Virus record (IMG/VR): IMGVR_UViG_3300049491_000418
Span: 32,001 to 96,000 of that record
Strand: one strand, 5' to 3'
DNA: 64,000 nt
DNA from: a virus
In this document: in pieces, positions 23,101-30,851 of the stretch
Numbering within the stretch: the stretch's first letter is position 1
Layout of the letters: each line of letters begins with the position of its first letter
Notes under the pieces: model-generated
The model's database searches: none
What the model was told of the DNA's origin: nothing
Seen by the model: only the letters and a program-made list of their open reading frames with translations
Made by a program: the position numbers and the translations under genes

Positions 23101-25127
23101 ACATCAATGATCCTTACTTAGTATTTAAAAAACAACTTCAATTAGAAAGTGCCAGAAATACTATCATCTCTGGTTTAGATAGAGAAGGAAAAATTATTCC
23201 TGCTGTAGATAGTATTATGAAAACATCTTTTGTTGGTAAATTGAAAAGCCACATTGATAACTACAGAGATGCTTTTGCTGAGATGTTGCTTTCAGATAGA
23301 AATAGAGTTAGAGAAGTAATGGAAGATGTGTTACGTCCTTATAGTAAAATGAGTGATAGAGACTTTGTTAAGATTTCACAAAAAGCTGTTAATGATTTAT
23401 TTGACTGGGCTGTTCAAAATGATAGAAGTATCAATAACAAAGTTGTTAGTACCTTGTTAGGAACAGATACTGAGAAAAGTGCTGCTAAACAAATTATAGA
23501 ATACAGAGATAGTATATTGGGTAATCCTGCTAAAAACATTCCTGCTAAACCTGATCATCCTTTATTTGATAACATCATTTTGAACTCTGTTACTTTAGAG
23601 GCTGGAGAAAATAACAAAAAGGTAGACAATATCTATCTAGGAAAAATTAGTAAAACATATGATCAAAACTTAGTAATCTATGGTTTTAATGAATTAAGAA
23701 CACACTTGAAAAATGAAAGCAATCCTTTATATGGTAAAATAGTTAGACTAGCTGTCTTACAATCAGGGTTAACAAACTCTAAGATAGCTTTTACAGCTCT
23801 TCTTCCTTATAAAGATTTCAAGGAAGTATACAATGCTACCTTGTCTCAGTTAGAAGAAAAAGAAAATCTTTCTGATTTTAAAAATATAGATGTTTTTGAA
23901 AGAAACAATTGGAATAACAGAGATGCAATTCCTATGGTTAGAGGAGAGATGAGAGAGTCTAAAAATAGTGTTGACTTTGGTACATATGATTTAAATGCTG
24001 CTTTTGTTGGGAAACAGCTTAAGAGAGCTATCAATGCTTTTCAAGTACCTCATGTAGTAAATATTTCTGCTACTTCTCAAGAGGGACGTTCAGAATTTAT
24101 TGTTTATACTTGGGAAAGTTATCTTCCTAAACCTAAACGTATTAGAGCTAAAAAGACTGGGGATAAAAGTCATATCAATAAATACCTTATGAAAAAGGTT
24201 TACACAGTTAATGAAAAAGGAGAAAGAGTTCCTTATATTAATGTTTCTGAAGATAAAAATGTTCCTGGTAAATTTTATTATAAATTTGTATACAAAGCAA
24301 TTAATGCTTGGGGAGATAGTTTCAAAGCTCAAGAACTTTATGATGAGGTAGTTCCTTCTAAGTTAGATAATGACTTCAAAAAGATTGAGTTAAAAAATGA
24401 AGCTAATACTGGCAGAAGACTTGGTGCTCCTGAAGTTGAGGATAGTTTAATCGTAGACCTTATGGAAGGAAGAATAACAGCTGATCAGTTAAAAGCTATC
24501 AACCTTGCAAAAGATATAGATGCTTTAGGAATTTCACCAGATGTAAATGCTCCTATAGAGCCTCTAGCGGAGGAAGGTCCTAGATATTATGAAGGAGAAA
24601 TTACTCCTTCTGCTGATACAGTATTTGTATTTGGTAGTAATCCTGAAGGAAGACATGGTGATGGTGCTGCTGCTGAAGCTATGGCTAAGTTTGGTGCCAA
24701 GTACTATCAAGGTAGAGGTTTACAAGGAGGTGCTTATGCTCTTGTTACTAAAAACCTAAAATCAGGATTTAAAGAACCAAAAACTGGTATCACCTATGAT
24801 GTTGCTGGGGAAAGATCTGTTAGACCTGATCAAATTGTTAATAACATTATAGAAATGTATACTGTGGCTAGAGCTAATCCTACTAAGAAATTCAAAATAG
24901 GATTTAGAAATACTATAAGTAAATCTCGTAATGGATATACAGGTTATGAGATGATGGACATGTTCAAGAATGCTGGTGAGATACCTGCTAATGTTTACTT
25001 CAGTAAAGAATGGGTAGATACAGGTAAGATGGATGCTGATTATACATCATTGGCAGAATCAAAAATAATTAATCCTAATAATGCTCCTGGTATATTACCA
25101 GAGATAGACAGAACCACTGAATGTTAA
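11112..25127 (+). CDS. Giant virion-packaged DNA-dependent RNA polymerase (crAss-like vRNAP polyprotein)
   Basis: 4,671 aa. RIPTQ...GSDFDIDK catalytic loop (DFDID at 21864-21878) and ETDGGGYIT motif. Also a degenerate zincin (HEVFE...EELAEEF) and a C-terminal VFGSN..G.HG.GAA domain. Confidence 0.9.
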   Translation: MEEEIGLMNDLPTASNISVPSGDNPNISSAHELPVNLGGTASGLPVYVPNNPSTRGSGKPEFREQSLEEIMDGMDISDKSGALDYVSARDLPGSGRYDKGVYVGRDAEEMYAQQQSTAEKWGNGVAKMVGTAATTFVSGTVGTLNGIGAMFAENRLAAFYDNDTNRKMDEYNKKMEDYLPNYYTQAETSASWLSPKNVWTANFWSDKVIKNLGFSIGSMAGGAAWSKAFGFVGKINALVRAEKGLETLTAVEAAMVNANSVSKFGAVSKALNGLATKYVNPAGAYILANGERATIALMGTMGEASMEALQNMNDFRNKLIKEYKLQSGVEPSGEDLEEINNMADHVGNFTWGMNVALLSATNYIQLPKILNSSKTAERRAINELAKESVAEGATIAEKTAAKYGAKASNLERAFGKPGKLFGDYLVNPVSLLFAPSEAFEEGMQFAIQTGVEDYFNRAHQNEQDTNDFWNNTLDSMGNVFSYGVKQALTTKEGLEGILIGGISGGLQTSFSPFGENNIKERGFTGTGGQVGRNTAAAITEINNSKNLTQALKDARNFVSIGIGSQKNRQEAVANNDTFNEKNFEKDYALSYIMPRVKYGKIDAVLSELDLYRRQALSDAGFEDLKASEVVLENETKQQFIKRLDNIESTSRQVSKTYDIINDRYSNITDEKGRRLYDDKVVDELVYAAAKTVDADERLKDLSSEMSLAGLGIDRLRTAMQASPSWEDNNTKGVIKDAEVQKEINALFAEAKIKDPNNLQNYREKVFDFANLLVDRKRYIDDYNKRILTPEEFSAPDVDTTEYPPIGSPKEVMKVTTSTGDVNVNVGEEYIMGRVTLKSKKGHDVYEAPTITILGQNEDGTLKVKKEDGTIVSMDPEELESRSLTKAEDVRKNPKISFYIYNWNVVWKNRSVKGADGKAAVGRIVYDKKQDRLLFQYIGKGGVLMEQEVINTMFSYKTATKLGFKQPYITAQSVLTPAQEASMEKFIESKMSFSEKIKARNSIISNLYETSKARLEQVTKELTSAKEKVDKAASTIEEQVKKGIETKEGTWKVKAIKSITKMARDLGALDASLLQQIEDLENEKEELEATIPYFKDFLEDIMSTPESGKEMIEDIKKDINDLEDLIDTTKDAISKTKSAIKLVEDLLKNALGVFNDYVKRLKEENPNMPLFLDDFLAKLEKYLGEEGAKQFVADKLGFTEQVLELDSDISDFKDELKIPDLQKRASTLSTDLKELEKGLDDLIAAQMAKAKILDEFKEFADREKAVQAEEKRMHTNPTLVKDLIGTLNKTVQNFFGNKAYDPMSKKPDMAVVRSTRPISDGKPHQERANHFGARMDSFSKKKRDSIRGIIVTQKTQGGVIDGLVEHLLSQVPEEDKEKYPANEVIALVMVEVDKKGNQFLLDQDGKRLSKDADVINSAIYQVFPTKSLKGNYVDADGNRKFGSMFRDDTPQSTVDSLTKQYAAWVDDQLAADAMPAPYKVSASFGYPELQKVMGETKEEIDHNARTSAKAAGLVTDVMLEREPVIQVKTSDAPVTLGNVTFTSPKGRVFLTLPNGIAKLFNRKFTATEAETIYDVLLQVTKNVRDHGEVRPETERLFNWLRSTTYWGFSKDRQGNPKPAGYNNMWFQEVTDTNNEKRLKLYISGKTTDPTQAIDFTYSSLYNRKGDIMMLLQNMYNNTSNHLTNESNWQNPYSQIVGINEDGSPQTVDWPNYQSYLLSDKMPDGGVRKNEDIPLITKFRPLVDENDTNRKGIYFTLKSGPTSFTMPEKEEATPATSEEPSASTTPTDSAPTVTPTKEEGSISMTIDGYEFDGKTPNTMELNAGPITFTVDIEKQMADGAGVSITSPGETVEALIAAKGYAEDHAYNVINATVLARLKPSLEKGIAELKARQTGKVEQKEPSVEASAVITPTPKVGKLDLTGENWNPINTKYGPTRFKINADKFLAGDVSLSAINVEMDPDLVDAVIEAKQSQNYDEEAAHKFIQQNVLFLIKDELALYDIKKNSSTPLENPPVEDTTEEAPAEEETIEEIDEVREATDESVNAPTETEIADGNNTTIEEAAPKKRGGFGKVDPNRIPLRDRKEYRLQVLKEAKAFEGENWEKVEKWLAANFPGLPVYRVKNMIKASNGRQAWGALMDGSIYLTQNAEVGTVYHEVFEAVWKMFAGPKEKNAIIKEFRNRPGYYKDRFTGKLIKFSRATDAELKEELAEEFRDKVLYGKDPVRIKGRNLISRLFNELLDFIHKFFTGKEAVNNTKQLFDKIGNGYYKNIHNPYLTKLSFPQEGIIDIEDMDVGDNAELRINNIPAIQVHDIIQHMTYSLLAPLSESNDILFSLSDILSKGKTKIYAELQEEVLGAINEKGLVLVDKEASGQKLTDSEQRMFDNLETLYNNVETEWKNIVEEHVNYLKTYALEFDENDELNINEGEQSGKEDWQDARTIDSFRKSNSAIKLLLGTLPVKTMKNGYPETVYSSIGGYTLLPANAVHIDLMNRLHDSVDIDEMMERLQNIALNDPKYFQLFERLTGKQPSANQDVYSDISDSDFRLISSFWRVLKKQNADVITVFIQPGGEVIVSDSTLASATKEAKRDMMSKIIDTMKTEKTPYFSYNSKTGRYSATKVLKDVTFSSEMSSYTNFLKNLGIKIDPVKLSDTLDENQKKMFRKTVGFIKETIEVIGDKVKTTNPDTGEEMTIDTGIMSINTSTLNIDADMTRLGIIQAILENPVFESTYFNINGQRTQSYVGTNTVSSFYDVLSKVVDFSEDLQEPQNKGFRYLLTDKFAKNSQILKKLFVQNDDGSYGERKDGTEGIMKTVFIDGTIDEYSGKKKESSKLNYVQRFVQELNLNLEGIYLNLVPGDASIEHAVRLHSDDNPFVNKDSYENGRHLPIFRDYFIDEVELARDERLVANVSGRNSTDLRFFKSILEDKSKANKNALHDEIMYDEKNKDKTSEELYKSYESQINTAVNKFIVEQGKETQRLFNKFNIIQANPENGLEAPGLNFKQDELKPEFLAQKLEVMAVNYMIANIEFHKLIYSDPYQYSDELKRIKNFNSPRQALVFNSQTLGKFLQDFYNKGVNPKDKAAYTDFQRDHFRTVTIDDIFSTNKNKDYEDPFEETDGGGYITIQALRKFRLRLGDWTPANERQFQFDLDYERKVKAGASAEDLRKFLKRNPNIKNTYTPVKPIVSGNKENGRDFNDVVLHKFALVPLSYRVLHELQENSYAIKLLDKMVNDDIDYAVYASGSKVGTETVHELYNEDGTFNNTPFESQREKEGFLPNNVKRGVSNIPFSIVGLQTEVPSKDTPLVTQGSQITKLVTMDFMEAGMPVDFMPEAEFMDRFAVWTTTDEEGRMKSELYRMVQHNQNLLEAKIVEGYNSLLKKLGIVQGKEGDNLTFTITDRDKFIKTLKDEILKREVNYNITDSFDGFESGHVVLEATPAYQQIRNILYSIADKNVVRPKISGGMKVQIPSSLLLEQHRVNIGSFKNKAGEIKQIFESSELEFYTKSEDGKSVNVAEIMVGRWFKSDKTDEELIEYFNNDPEGKKQLEALAGIAFRIPTQKQNSIDVFKIKKFLPKDFGDSVVVPSALVKKVGSDFDIDKLSIYLKNLYPGKDKNLKTVPYLGTGDQALDKFRKLFDEGEFDEYVKTFKDFLDLDSAEDRLLESIFPEDYAEQRSIQKEDVVNKLYKESLENEYIRSLEGLVSHPSNYEALVKPNSAQDLKDITNDINERKGLEKTDYTNVGNMLNRGFMSKQRHEFVTGKQAIGIAAVAQTNHSQNQRSPLFLDFRKLKKEGMDELDRTLLGGNPKAKSYANNPRINFKHYNSILVDGIAFPTLSLIKAAGQATEYISDTIGMFIDGYVDVAKGGWIMEMGATPNTAGTWLYLIKIGVPIKDVAYFMNQPIIVDYLQRIENKGQTWLFSEGNILKTLELYESPEDTSKPEVRAVIDSITSIPNLSTLKSNIGKTIEDMTPQELYEQHFMLKEFVKYAKQASQLFEVTQGSNHDTANINDPYLVFKKQLQLESARNTIISGLDREGKIIPAVDSIMKTSFVGKLKSHIDNYRDAFAEMLLSDRNRVREVMEDVLRPYSKMSDRDFVKISQKAVNDLFDWAVQNDRSINNKVVSTLLGTDTEKSAAKQIIEYRDSILGNPAKNIPAKPDHPLFDNIILNSVTLEAGENNKKVDNIYLGKISKTYDQNLVIYGFNELRTHLKNESNPLYGKIVRLAVLQSGLTNSKIAFTALLPYKDFKEVYNATLSQLEEKENLSDFKNIDVFERNNWNNRDAIPMVRGEMRESKNSVDFGTYDLNAAFVGKQLKRAINAFQVPHVVNISATSQEGRSEFIVYTWESYLPKPKRIRAKKTGDKSHINKYLMKKVYTVNEKGERVPYINVSEDKNVPGKFYYKFVYKAINAWGDSFKAQELYDEVVPSKLDNDFKKIELKNEANTGRRLGAPEVEDSLIVDLMEGRITADQLKAINLAKDIDALGISPDVNAPIEPLAEEGPRYYEGEITPSADTVFVFGSNPEGRHGDGAAAEAMAKFGAKYYQGRGLQGGAYALVTKNLKSGFKEPKTGITYDVAGERSVRPDQIVNNIIEMYTVARANPTKKFKIGFRNTISKSRNGYTGYEMMDMFKNAGEIPANVYFSKEWVDTGKMDADYTSLAESKIINPNNAPGILPEIDRTTEC

Positions 25128-25131
25128 TACT

Positions 25132-28100
25132 ATGAGCTGTAAAATTCAAATAAAAGAGAATATTACTCAAGTTATTGAGAAGAAAACTAGTGGTGCTACT
25201 GAAAAACCATTAGAAGAAGCTCAGGCTATTGGGATAGAAGTAAACAGTCAATTTGGTGTTGATGTTGTTTCCTTCTCCCAAACTCCAGATTATCTTGTAA
25301 AGAGAACTATTTCTATTCCTGATAGTCTTGTAGATATCTATTATGATAATGAAGTAGCTTTAGAGGAATCAGAGAAGGCATCTATTGTTGAAACTCCCAG
25401 TATTGTACCCACTTCTAAGGCTACTAGTGAAACTCTTATTAAGGTAAAAGAGGTTATGCAACAAATGAAAGTAAGTTTTCAATTATTGCATGACTACGCA
25501 AAAGGTAACCCAGCAATAGAAACAAAAGATGTTAGTGGACTTGCTGATCTATCTGCAGGAGTAATAGCTGTAGCTCAAGGTTCAGAAAGTGCTACATTAA
25601 CAGAGGAAATGGTCCATATAGCTACTGCTATTTTGGAACAAACAGATCCTAAGTTAATAACATCACTTATATCTAAGATTGAGAGATTTAAAATTTACAA
25701 ACTTACTTATGATGCTTATAAAGGAAATAAGAATTACCAGTTATCAAATGGTAAACCAGACATACGTAAGATTAAAAAAGAAGCTGTTGATAAACTGATT
25801 GCTGAATATATTGTTAAACAATCTCAAGGTAACTCAGATTTTCCAGAACTTACTGAACAAAGAGAAAGAAACTTGGTTCAATCATGGTGGGATTCTATTC
25901 TTGAATATTTAAGAAGCTTGTATGGTAAATCTAAAGTGGATTTATTTGCACAAGCTGCAGATCATATCATGTCTGGTAATATAGGTACTATTGAAGATAT
26001 TAAAGCTCAAGGAGTTTACTATCAATTAGGAACTGATGCAGTTGGAGATAATCCTCTTGTTGATAAGTTTGTTAATATCATCAATGACATTGACAGTAGA
26101 ATGAAACTTGATCCTAATCCTTCAGATAGACATTATACATTAGATGGTGAAAGGGTAGCAACTAGTGTTACTGAGAAGATTGGTAAATCTAAAAATCTAC
26201 CTGATAGAACTCCTGAACAAAAGATTAGTGATGATCAAAAGAAAACATGGGGTTCTGAAGGACATATGTATATTGAAAAGTATATAAAAACCAATCTTAT
26301 AGATCAAGATGGATTTAAAAAACCATTTACAAATAGTCTTATAAATACTACTCTTGATAGTGAAGCTCAAGAAAAACTTAATAGGTTTGCTGAGAACTTG
26401 ATTAATTCCTATCCTAAAGGAACAAGATTTCTTATTGAAAAGAAAGCAGTTAATCAAAGAGAAAAAGGTATGCTTGGATCTACAATAGATTTCATAGCTG
26501 TATATCCTGCAAAAAAAGTAGATGGTTCTCCAGATGTGAATATAGATATACTTGACTGGAAGTTCACTGATATAGATAAATCTATAGAGGAAGATGTTCC
26601 ATATGTTAAACAAAAAGACTGGAAGCCTCAGATGGGTGAGTATACCAAGATGATGTATGAATACGGTTTCAAACCTGGTCAGATTAAAAAAGCCAGAATG
26701 ATTCCTTTCATTATGAATTATGACAATATTGTTAAAGGAGATAGAAAAAGTGGTTTAAGACCAACCTCTATTGAAATTGGAAAGGTTGACAGTCTTACTG
26801 AAACTAATTTATATTTACTTCCTGTTCCAATCAATTCTGAGAGCACAGGAAATGATGCCATTGATGATTTGTTGAAATCTCTTAGAGGATACTGGGAGAA
26901 AATGTATTCAAAACAAGTTATTCCAGAAGCCAGAGCAACAAAACTGATTCATTTGAATCAATTAAGTAAAGCTATCCGTATATTACATGTTACTTTGAAC
27001 TTTGCTCCTCTTGTAAGTGTTGGTAAAACCTTCATCTCAACCTCTAGGGCTTCTCTAGATTCATTTAAAGGTGTGGATTATACTAAGTTATCAAAAGAAC
27101 AAATTGAGGCCAAATTACAAGACTTAATTGAGTTTAAAAACACTGCATTGAACTTTGCATCATTAGATGAGGCATATATTTCTCATTATGGAGATGTTAA
27201 TCTTACTGATGAGGCAAATAAAATATTATTAGGTCTTAAAGCTGTTTCTGCAAATGCCAAATCTAAATTAAAGGAAATTCTAGAACTTCAAAAAGAATAT
27301 GTAGCACAAATTGCTGTTAGAGAAAATTTTGTTAATGAAAACAATAAAACTTCTTTATTTGATGCTGAGAAAGAGATTGGTGCACTTATCAAAAATTTTG
27401 TAGAAGGAAGTAGACTTCCCGCCAAGCTTATAAATTTTGCTTCTAATCTTATCATGAGAGTGAAAAGATCTGCTGAGAAAAGATTCATAGAGAAGTTTGA
27501 TGAATTTAAAAAAGTATTACTTCCTTTAGAAGAGGAAGCTTCTAGACAAGGTAAAAGAGCATTTGATATGATAGGAACTGTTGATAAAACAGGACTACAT
27601 CTTATAAAAAAAGTTGATAAAAAGTTCTGGACCGATGTAAAGGATGCTAAAGAGAAAGGTAAGGAGAACAAAAAATTTCTTATGGATAATATGGATATGG
27701 AAAAATTCAATTCCTTGGCTAAAGAAGCTATAAATAAAGGAGTTGAAGAGCTTAAACTTATAGAGTTCTCTATGGACAAAGAAAAAGATGATTATATTAG
27801 AAGTGGTAAGATCAAACGTCTAAGAAAATCAGTAGATATTAATAGAGAAGACTTTAATGGTTATAATGAATACCTATTCAACCATATTTTTAGACAAGTT
27901 GTTAAGGCAGATGATCATTTATCTGAGGAATACAAGCAAATGAGTAAAAGTAAAGCATCCTTAGATGCTTGGAACTTCTTTACAGCAATGAATGAGAAAG
28001 CTAGAGACATAGGATACATTGATAAACAAGGTATGTCCTTCTTTCCATTGATTGAAGCTAGTATTGTTGATAAATTTAGACAAACAAGTAATGCTGGAGT

Positions 28101-30027
28101 TGAGTTAAAGAACTTCTTTAAAGATTTATATACTGTTAGAGAGTCTGAAGAGCAAATTTTCTCTAAAAAAGATTCAGAAACAGGAGAAATTAAGAAATCT
28201 ATACCAAAACACTTCACAAAACAAGGAAATCTTGCTACAGAAAGACTTTCTACTGATTTAAACAAGGTAGGGGCACTCTGGATCAAAGCTTTAATGGATT
28301 ATGAAGCCAAACAATCAATTGAGAATACCCTATTAACTATTCAGGCTGTTGAAAGAGCTAAAGGAAGTCTTGTTGTTAATGAACAAGGTGATTTAGTTAG
28401 TGAAGGGGGTAAGTTTGTTGTTAATAAATCTGTAAATAAGAATGCAGATATAATGGAAGCCATCTTAAATGATGCTATATATGATTTGCAGGAAGACTTA
28501 GGGAATATTGGTAACATTACTATCCAAAAAACAGCAAACAAACTTGGTAAAACAGCTGAAGGTAAAGAAAACCTAAATGTATCTATTAAAAAAGGACTTA
28601 AGAATGCTGATACTCTTACTAGAGCTCTTGCTGTTGGTCTAAAACCATTAATTGGTTTGGCTAACTGGATGGGTTATAATTTACATGCTGTTATTACAGG
28701 AGGTAATATGTATACTGTTGCAGAATTTATGAAAAACAATGCAAGAGTAACTGTATTTGGAGGACTCTCATTAGAACATAAAGCTCTATTACACTTAGTA
28801 ACTACTGCTCCTGATGATGAGATGACAGAGATGAGAAGAAAAGCAGCCAGAGAAAAAAGTCTAATATCTTATCTTTCCACATGGTCATTCAGTGATGTTA
28901 TGATGCTCACTAACTCTTTCCCTGAAAGAAAATTAGCTTTAGCTAGCGCTAAAAGCTTTAATGACAATGCTATAATAATTGATGGTAAGATTGTAAATGC
29001 CAGACAATATCTTAGAAAACAAGATAGATCTCAAAAATATAAGTTATCTCCTTCTGAAAGAAAGGTTCTTGAAAGATCCTTTGATGATAGAGTTAAATCT
29101 TTATTAGAATCTTCAACCAAGTTAACTTCAGCTGTTAAAGTAACAGATGAAAAGATTACAATTGAAGGAGTATTAGAAGATGAGATTGTAAAATATAGTT
29201 TGAAAGTATCTGAATTTTCCAGAAACATGAATGGCTCTATGAACATAGATAACAAAGCTGGTTATAGAAGAGATACCATGTTCAGTTCATTTATGATGTT
29301 TAAGAACTGGATCCCTAAATTATTAATTTCTAGAACAGGAGAGATAAAATATAACCTTGAAACAGAAGATTGGGAGTATGGTAGAATGAGAGCATTTGCT
29401 AAGGTATTTGCTGATAGTGGCTTTAGTGTTATTAAGAATATGAGAGCAATTATAACAGGTTCTCCTGAAGGACTAGCTATCCTTGATAGACTTCTACAGG
29501 AAAAGAAAGATGCATACTTTGAAAAAACTGGTCAAGAGTTAGAAATAACTGAAGAGGAGTTTTATGATTTAATGAGAAGAGAACTTGTTAATGAAGCCAA
29601 AGAACTTGGTATGTTATTTACCACATTTGCTATGGCAGCTATGATAGGTTTTATAAAACCACCTGAAGATGCTACAAATGATGAAAAAAATAAATGGAAG
29701 TTATGGGCTAAAGCATCTAATAAGATAGCGGAAGAACTTAGTTTTTATTATAGTCCTTTATCTATGGAAAGTATTACTAAAGGAAGTATATTACCTTCTT
29801 TAGGTTTATTAACAAAAGCATGGAGATTTTTTACAGCATTTAGTAAAGAATCTTATGGATATACAACAGGAGATGAAGAACTAATGGATAAAACATATCC
29901 TATTAAGTATTTCTTTAATTTAATACCTGGATTGGCTCAATTTCAAAATGATTATCTTCCATACATTGATGCAGAACTTGCTAAAGAGATGGGTATAAGA
30001 GTTACAGTAGAAGCCAGAAGACAATAA
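25132..30027 (+). CDS. Large virion-associated protein with a degenerate zincin motif and a PD-(D/E)xK nuclease-like domain
   Basis: EEMVH at 25603-25617. HYTLDG..SVT, GSEGH, STIDF...ILDWK and QMGEY motifs. Follows the vRNAP, as large crAss cargo genes do. Confidence 0.6.
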   Translation: MSCKIQIKENITQVIEKKTSGATEKPLEEAQAIGIEVNSQFGVDVVSFSQTPDYLVKRTISIPDSLVDIYYDNEVALEESEKASIVETPSIVPTSKATSETLIKVKEVMQQMKVSFQLLHDYAKGNPAIETKDVSGLADLSAGVIAVAQGSESATLTEEMVHIATAILEQTDPKLITSLISKIERFKIYKLTYDAYKGNKNYQLSNGKPDIRKIKKEAVDKLIAEYIVKQSQGNSDFPELTEQRERNLVQSWWDSILEYLRSLYGKSKVDLFAQAADHIMSGNIGTIEDIKAQGVYYQLGTDAVGDNPLVDKFVNIINDIDSRMKLDPNPSDRHYTLDGERVATSVTEKIGKSKNLPDRTPEQKISDDQKKTWGSEGHMYIEKYIKTNLIDQDGFKKPFTNSLINTTLDSEAQEKLNRFAENLINSYPKGTRFLIEKKAVNQREKGMLGSTIDFIAVYPAKKVDGSPDVNIDILDWKFTDIDKSIEEDVPYVKQKDWKPQMGEYTKMMYEYGFKPGQIKKARMIPFIMNYDNIVKGDRKSGLRPTSIEIGKVDSLTETNLYLLPVPINSESTGNDAIDDLLKSLRGYWEKMYSKQVIPEARATKLIHLNQLSKAIRILHVTLNFAPLVSVGKTFISTSRASLDSFKGVDYTKLSKEQIEAKLQDLIEFKNTALNFASLDEAYISHYGDVNLTDEANKILLGLKAVSANAKSKLKEILELQKEYVAQIAVRENFVNENNKTSLFDAEKEIGALIKNFVEGSRLPAKLINFASNLIMRVKRSAEKRFIEKFDEFKKVLLPLEEEASRQGKRAFDMIGTVDKTGLHLIKKVDKKFWTDVKDAKEKGKENKKFLMDNMDMEKFNSLAKEAINKGVEELKLIEFSMDKEKDDYIRSGKIKRLRKSVDINREDFNGYNEYLFNHIFRQVVKADDHLSEEYKQMSKSKASLDAWNFFTAMNEKARDIGYIDKQGMSFFPLIEASIVDKFRQTSNAGVELKNFFKDLYTVRESEEQIFSKKDSETGEIKKSIPKHFTKQGNLATERLSTDLNKVGALWIKALMDYEAKQSIENTLLTIQAVERAKGSLVVNEQGDLVSEGGKFVVNKSVNKNADIMEAILNDAIYDLQEDLGNIGNITIQKTANKLGKTAEGKENLNVSIKKGLKNADTLTRALAVGLKPLIGLANWMGYNLHAVITGGNMYTVAEFMKNNARVTVFGGLSLEHKALLHLVTTAPDDEMTEMRRKAAREKSLISYLSTWSFSDVMMLTNSFPERKLALASAKSFNDNAIIIDGKIVNARQYLRKQDRSQKYKLSPSERKVLERSFDDRVKSLLESSTKLTSAVKVTDEKITIEGVLEDEIVKYSLKVSEFSRNMNGSMNIDNKAGYRRDTMFSSFMMFKNWIPKLLISRTGEIKYNLETEDWEYGRMRAFAKVFADSGFSVIKNMRAIITGSPEGLAILDRLLQEKKDAYFEKTGQELEITEEEFYDLMRRELVNEAKELGMLFTTFAMAAMIGFIKPPEDATNDEKNKWKLWAKASNKIAEELSFYYSPLSMESITKGSILPSLGLLTKAWRFFTAFSKESYGYTTGDEELMDKTYPIKYFFNLIPGLAQFQNDYLPYIDAELAKEMGIRVTVEARRQ

Positions 30028-30032
30028 TTTAC

Positions 30033-30040
30033 TATATTTG
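30033..30040 (+). promoter_or_regulatory. Bacteroidota-type -7 promoter element TATATTTG
   Basis: Exact TAnnTTTG match in the intergenic gap before 30064. Confidence 0.5.
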
Positions 30041-30063
30041 TACAACTTAATTAATTAATAATC

Positions 30064-30693
30064 ATGGGAACACCAAGCAAACAAATTGGATGGAGTCAGG
30101 AATCAAACCTACTTCATGCAATATTAAGACAACTTGATCAACTTGCTGGCGTAATAGCTGTCAGTGGAGGAGGTGGACTAGATAACTTTGTTACTCTAAA
30201 TACAGTCCAACCTATTGTTGCAAGGAAAGATTTCTCTGTAGTTGCAGGACCTGCATCTACTTTTACATCTTCTACTGGAAATACAGTGAATGTTACTGCC
30301 ACTACTGGTAGTGGTGTATATAGTACATCTGTTGATGGCCCAGCTATAGAAGGATTTTCAGTTAATGATCCAGGTATTTTTGGGTATTCCAGTAATAGTG
30401 CTGGTGTATTTGCTCACTCACAGAACTTTGTTGCTCTTATTGTAGACTCTTTAAATCCAGGGAACCTTAGTGATTTAGCTAATTTTAATCTTAATGGAGT
30501 ACCTGCAGTTAGAATTACTAATAATGGTAAATTAAGTCTAAAAGCTTCTACAACATTAGCTGCAGTATTAAATTTACCTGTAGGAGTTGCTCCTACTGCT
30601 CCTGCTGATGGAGACATTTGGTTAGAGAGCACTGCTTTAACAGGGTTAAAAATAAGATTAGGTGGAGTAACTAGAACTTTAACTATAACATAA
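30064..30693 (+). CDS. Fibre-like structural protein
   Basis: N-terminal KQIGWSQE.NLL helix, about 11-aa G[VI]xxxS repeats, and C-terminal APTAPADGDIW. Confidence 0.5.
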   Translation: MGTPSKQIGWSQESNLLHAILRQLDQLAGVIAVSGGGGLDNFVTLNTVQPIVARKDFSVVAGPASTFTSSTGNTVNVTATTGSGVYSTSVDGPAIEGFSVNDPGIFGYSSNSAGVFAHSQNFVALIVDSLNPGNLSDLANFNLNGVPAVRITNNGKLSLKASTTLAAVLNLPVGVAPTAPADGDIWLESTALTGLKIRLGGVTRTLTIT

Positions 30694-30830
30694 TGTCATA
30701 TATCCCACGCCAGATAGGATGGTCTCAGGAGGCAATCCTATTGCAGAAAATATTGAAGAAGTTGATAGGTATTACTAAACTTGCAGCAGCTGCAAGCCCA
30801 GCAACTACAACTACTACAACTACACTATAA
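30693..30830 (+). CDS. 45-aa small protein not in the ORF track: MSYIPRQIGWSQEAILLQKILKKLIGITKLAAAASPATTTTTTTL
   Basis: Translated by hand. TAATG overlap with the upstream stop; shares QIGWSQE..LL..IL..L with the upstream gene; poly-Thr tail. Confidence 0.8.
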   Translation: MSYIPRQIGWSQEAILLQKILKKLIGITKLAAAASPATTTTTTTL

Positions 30831-30851
30831 TAAACCAATAAATAACTAAAT

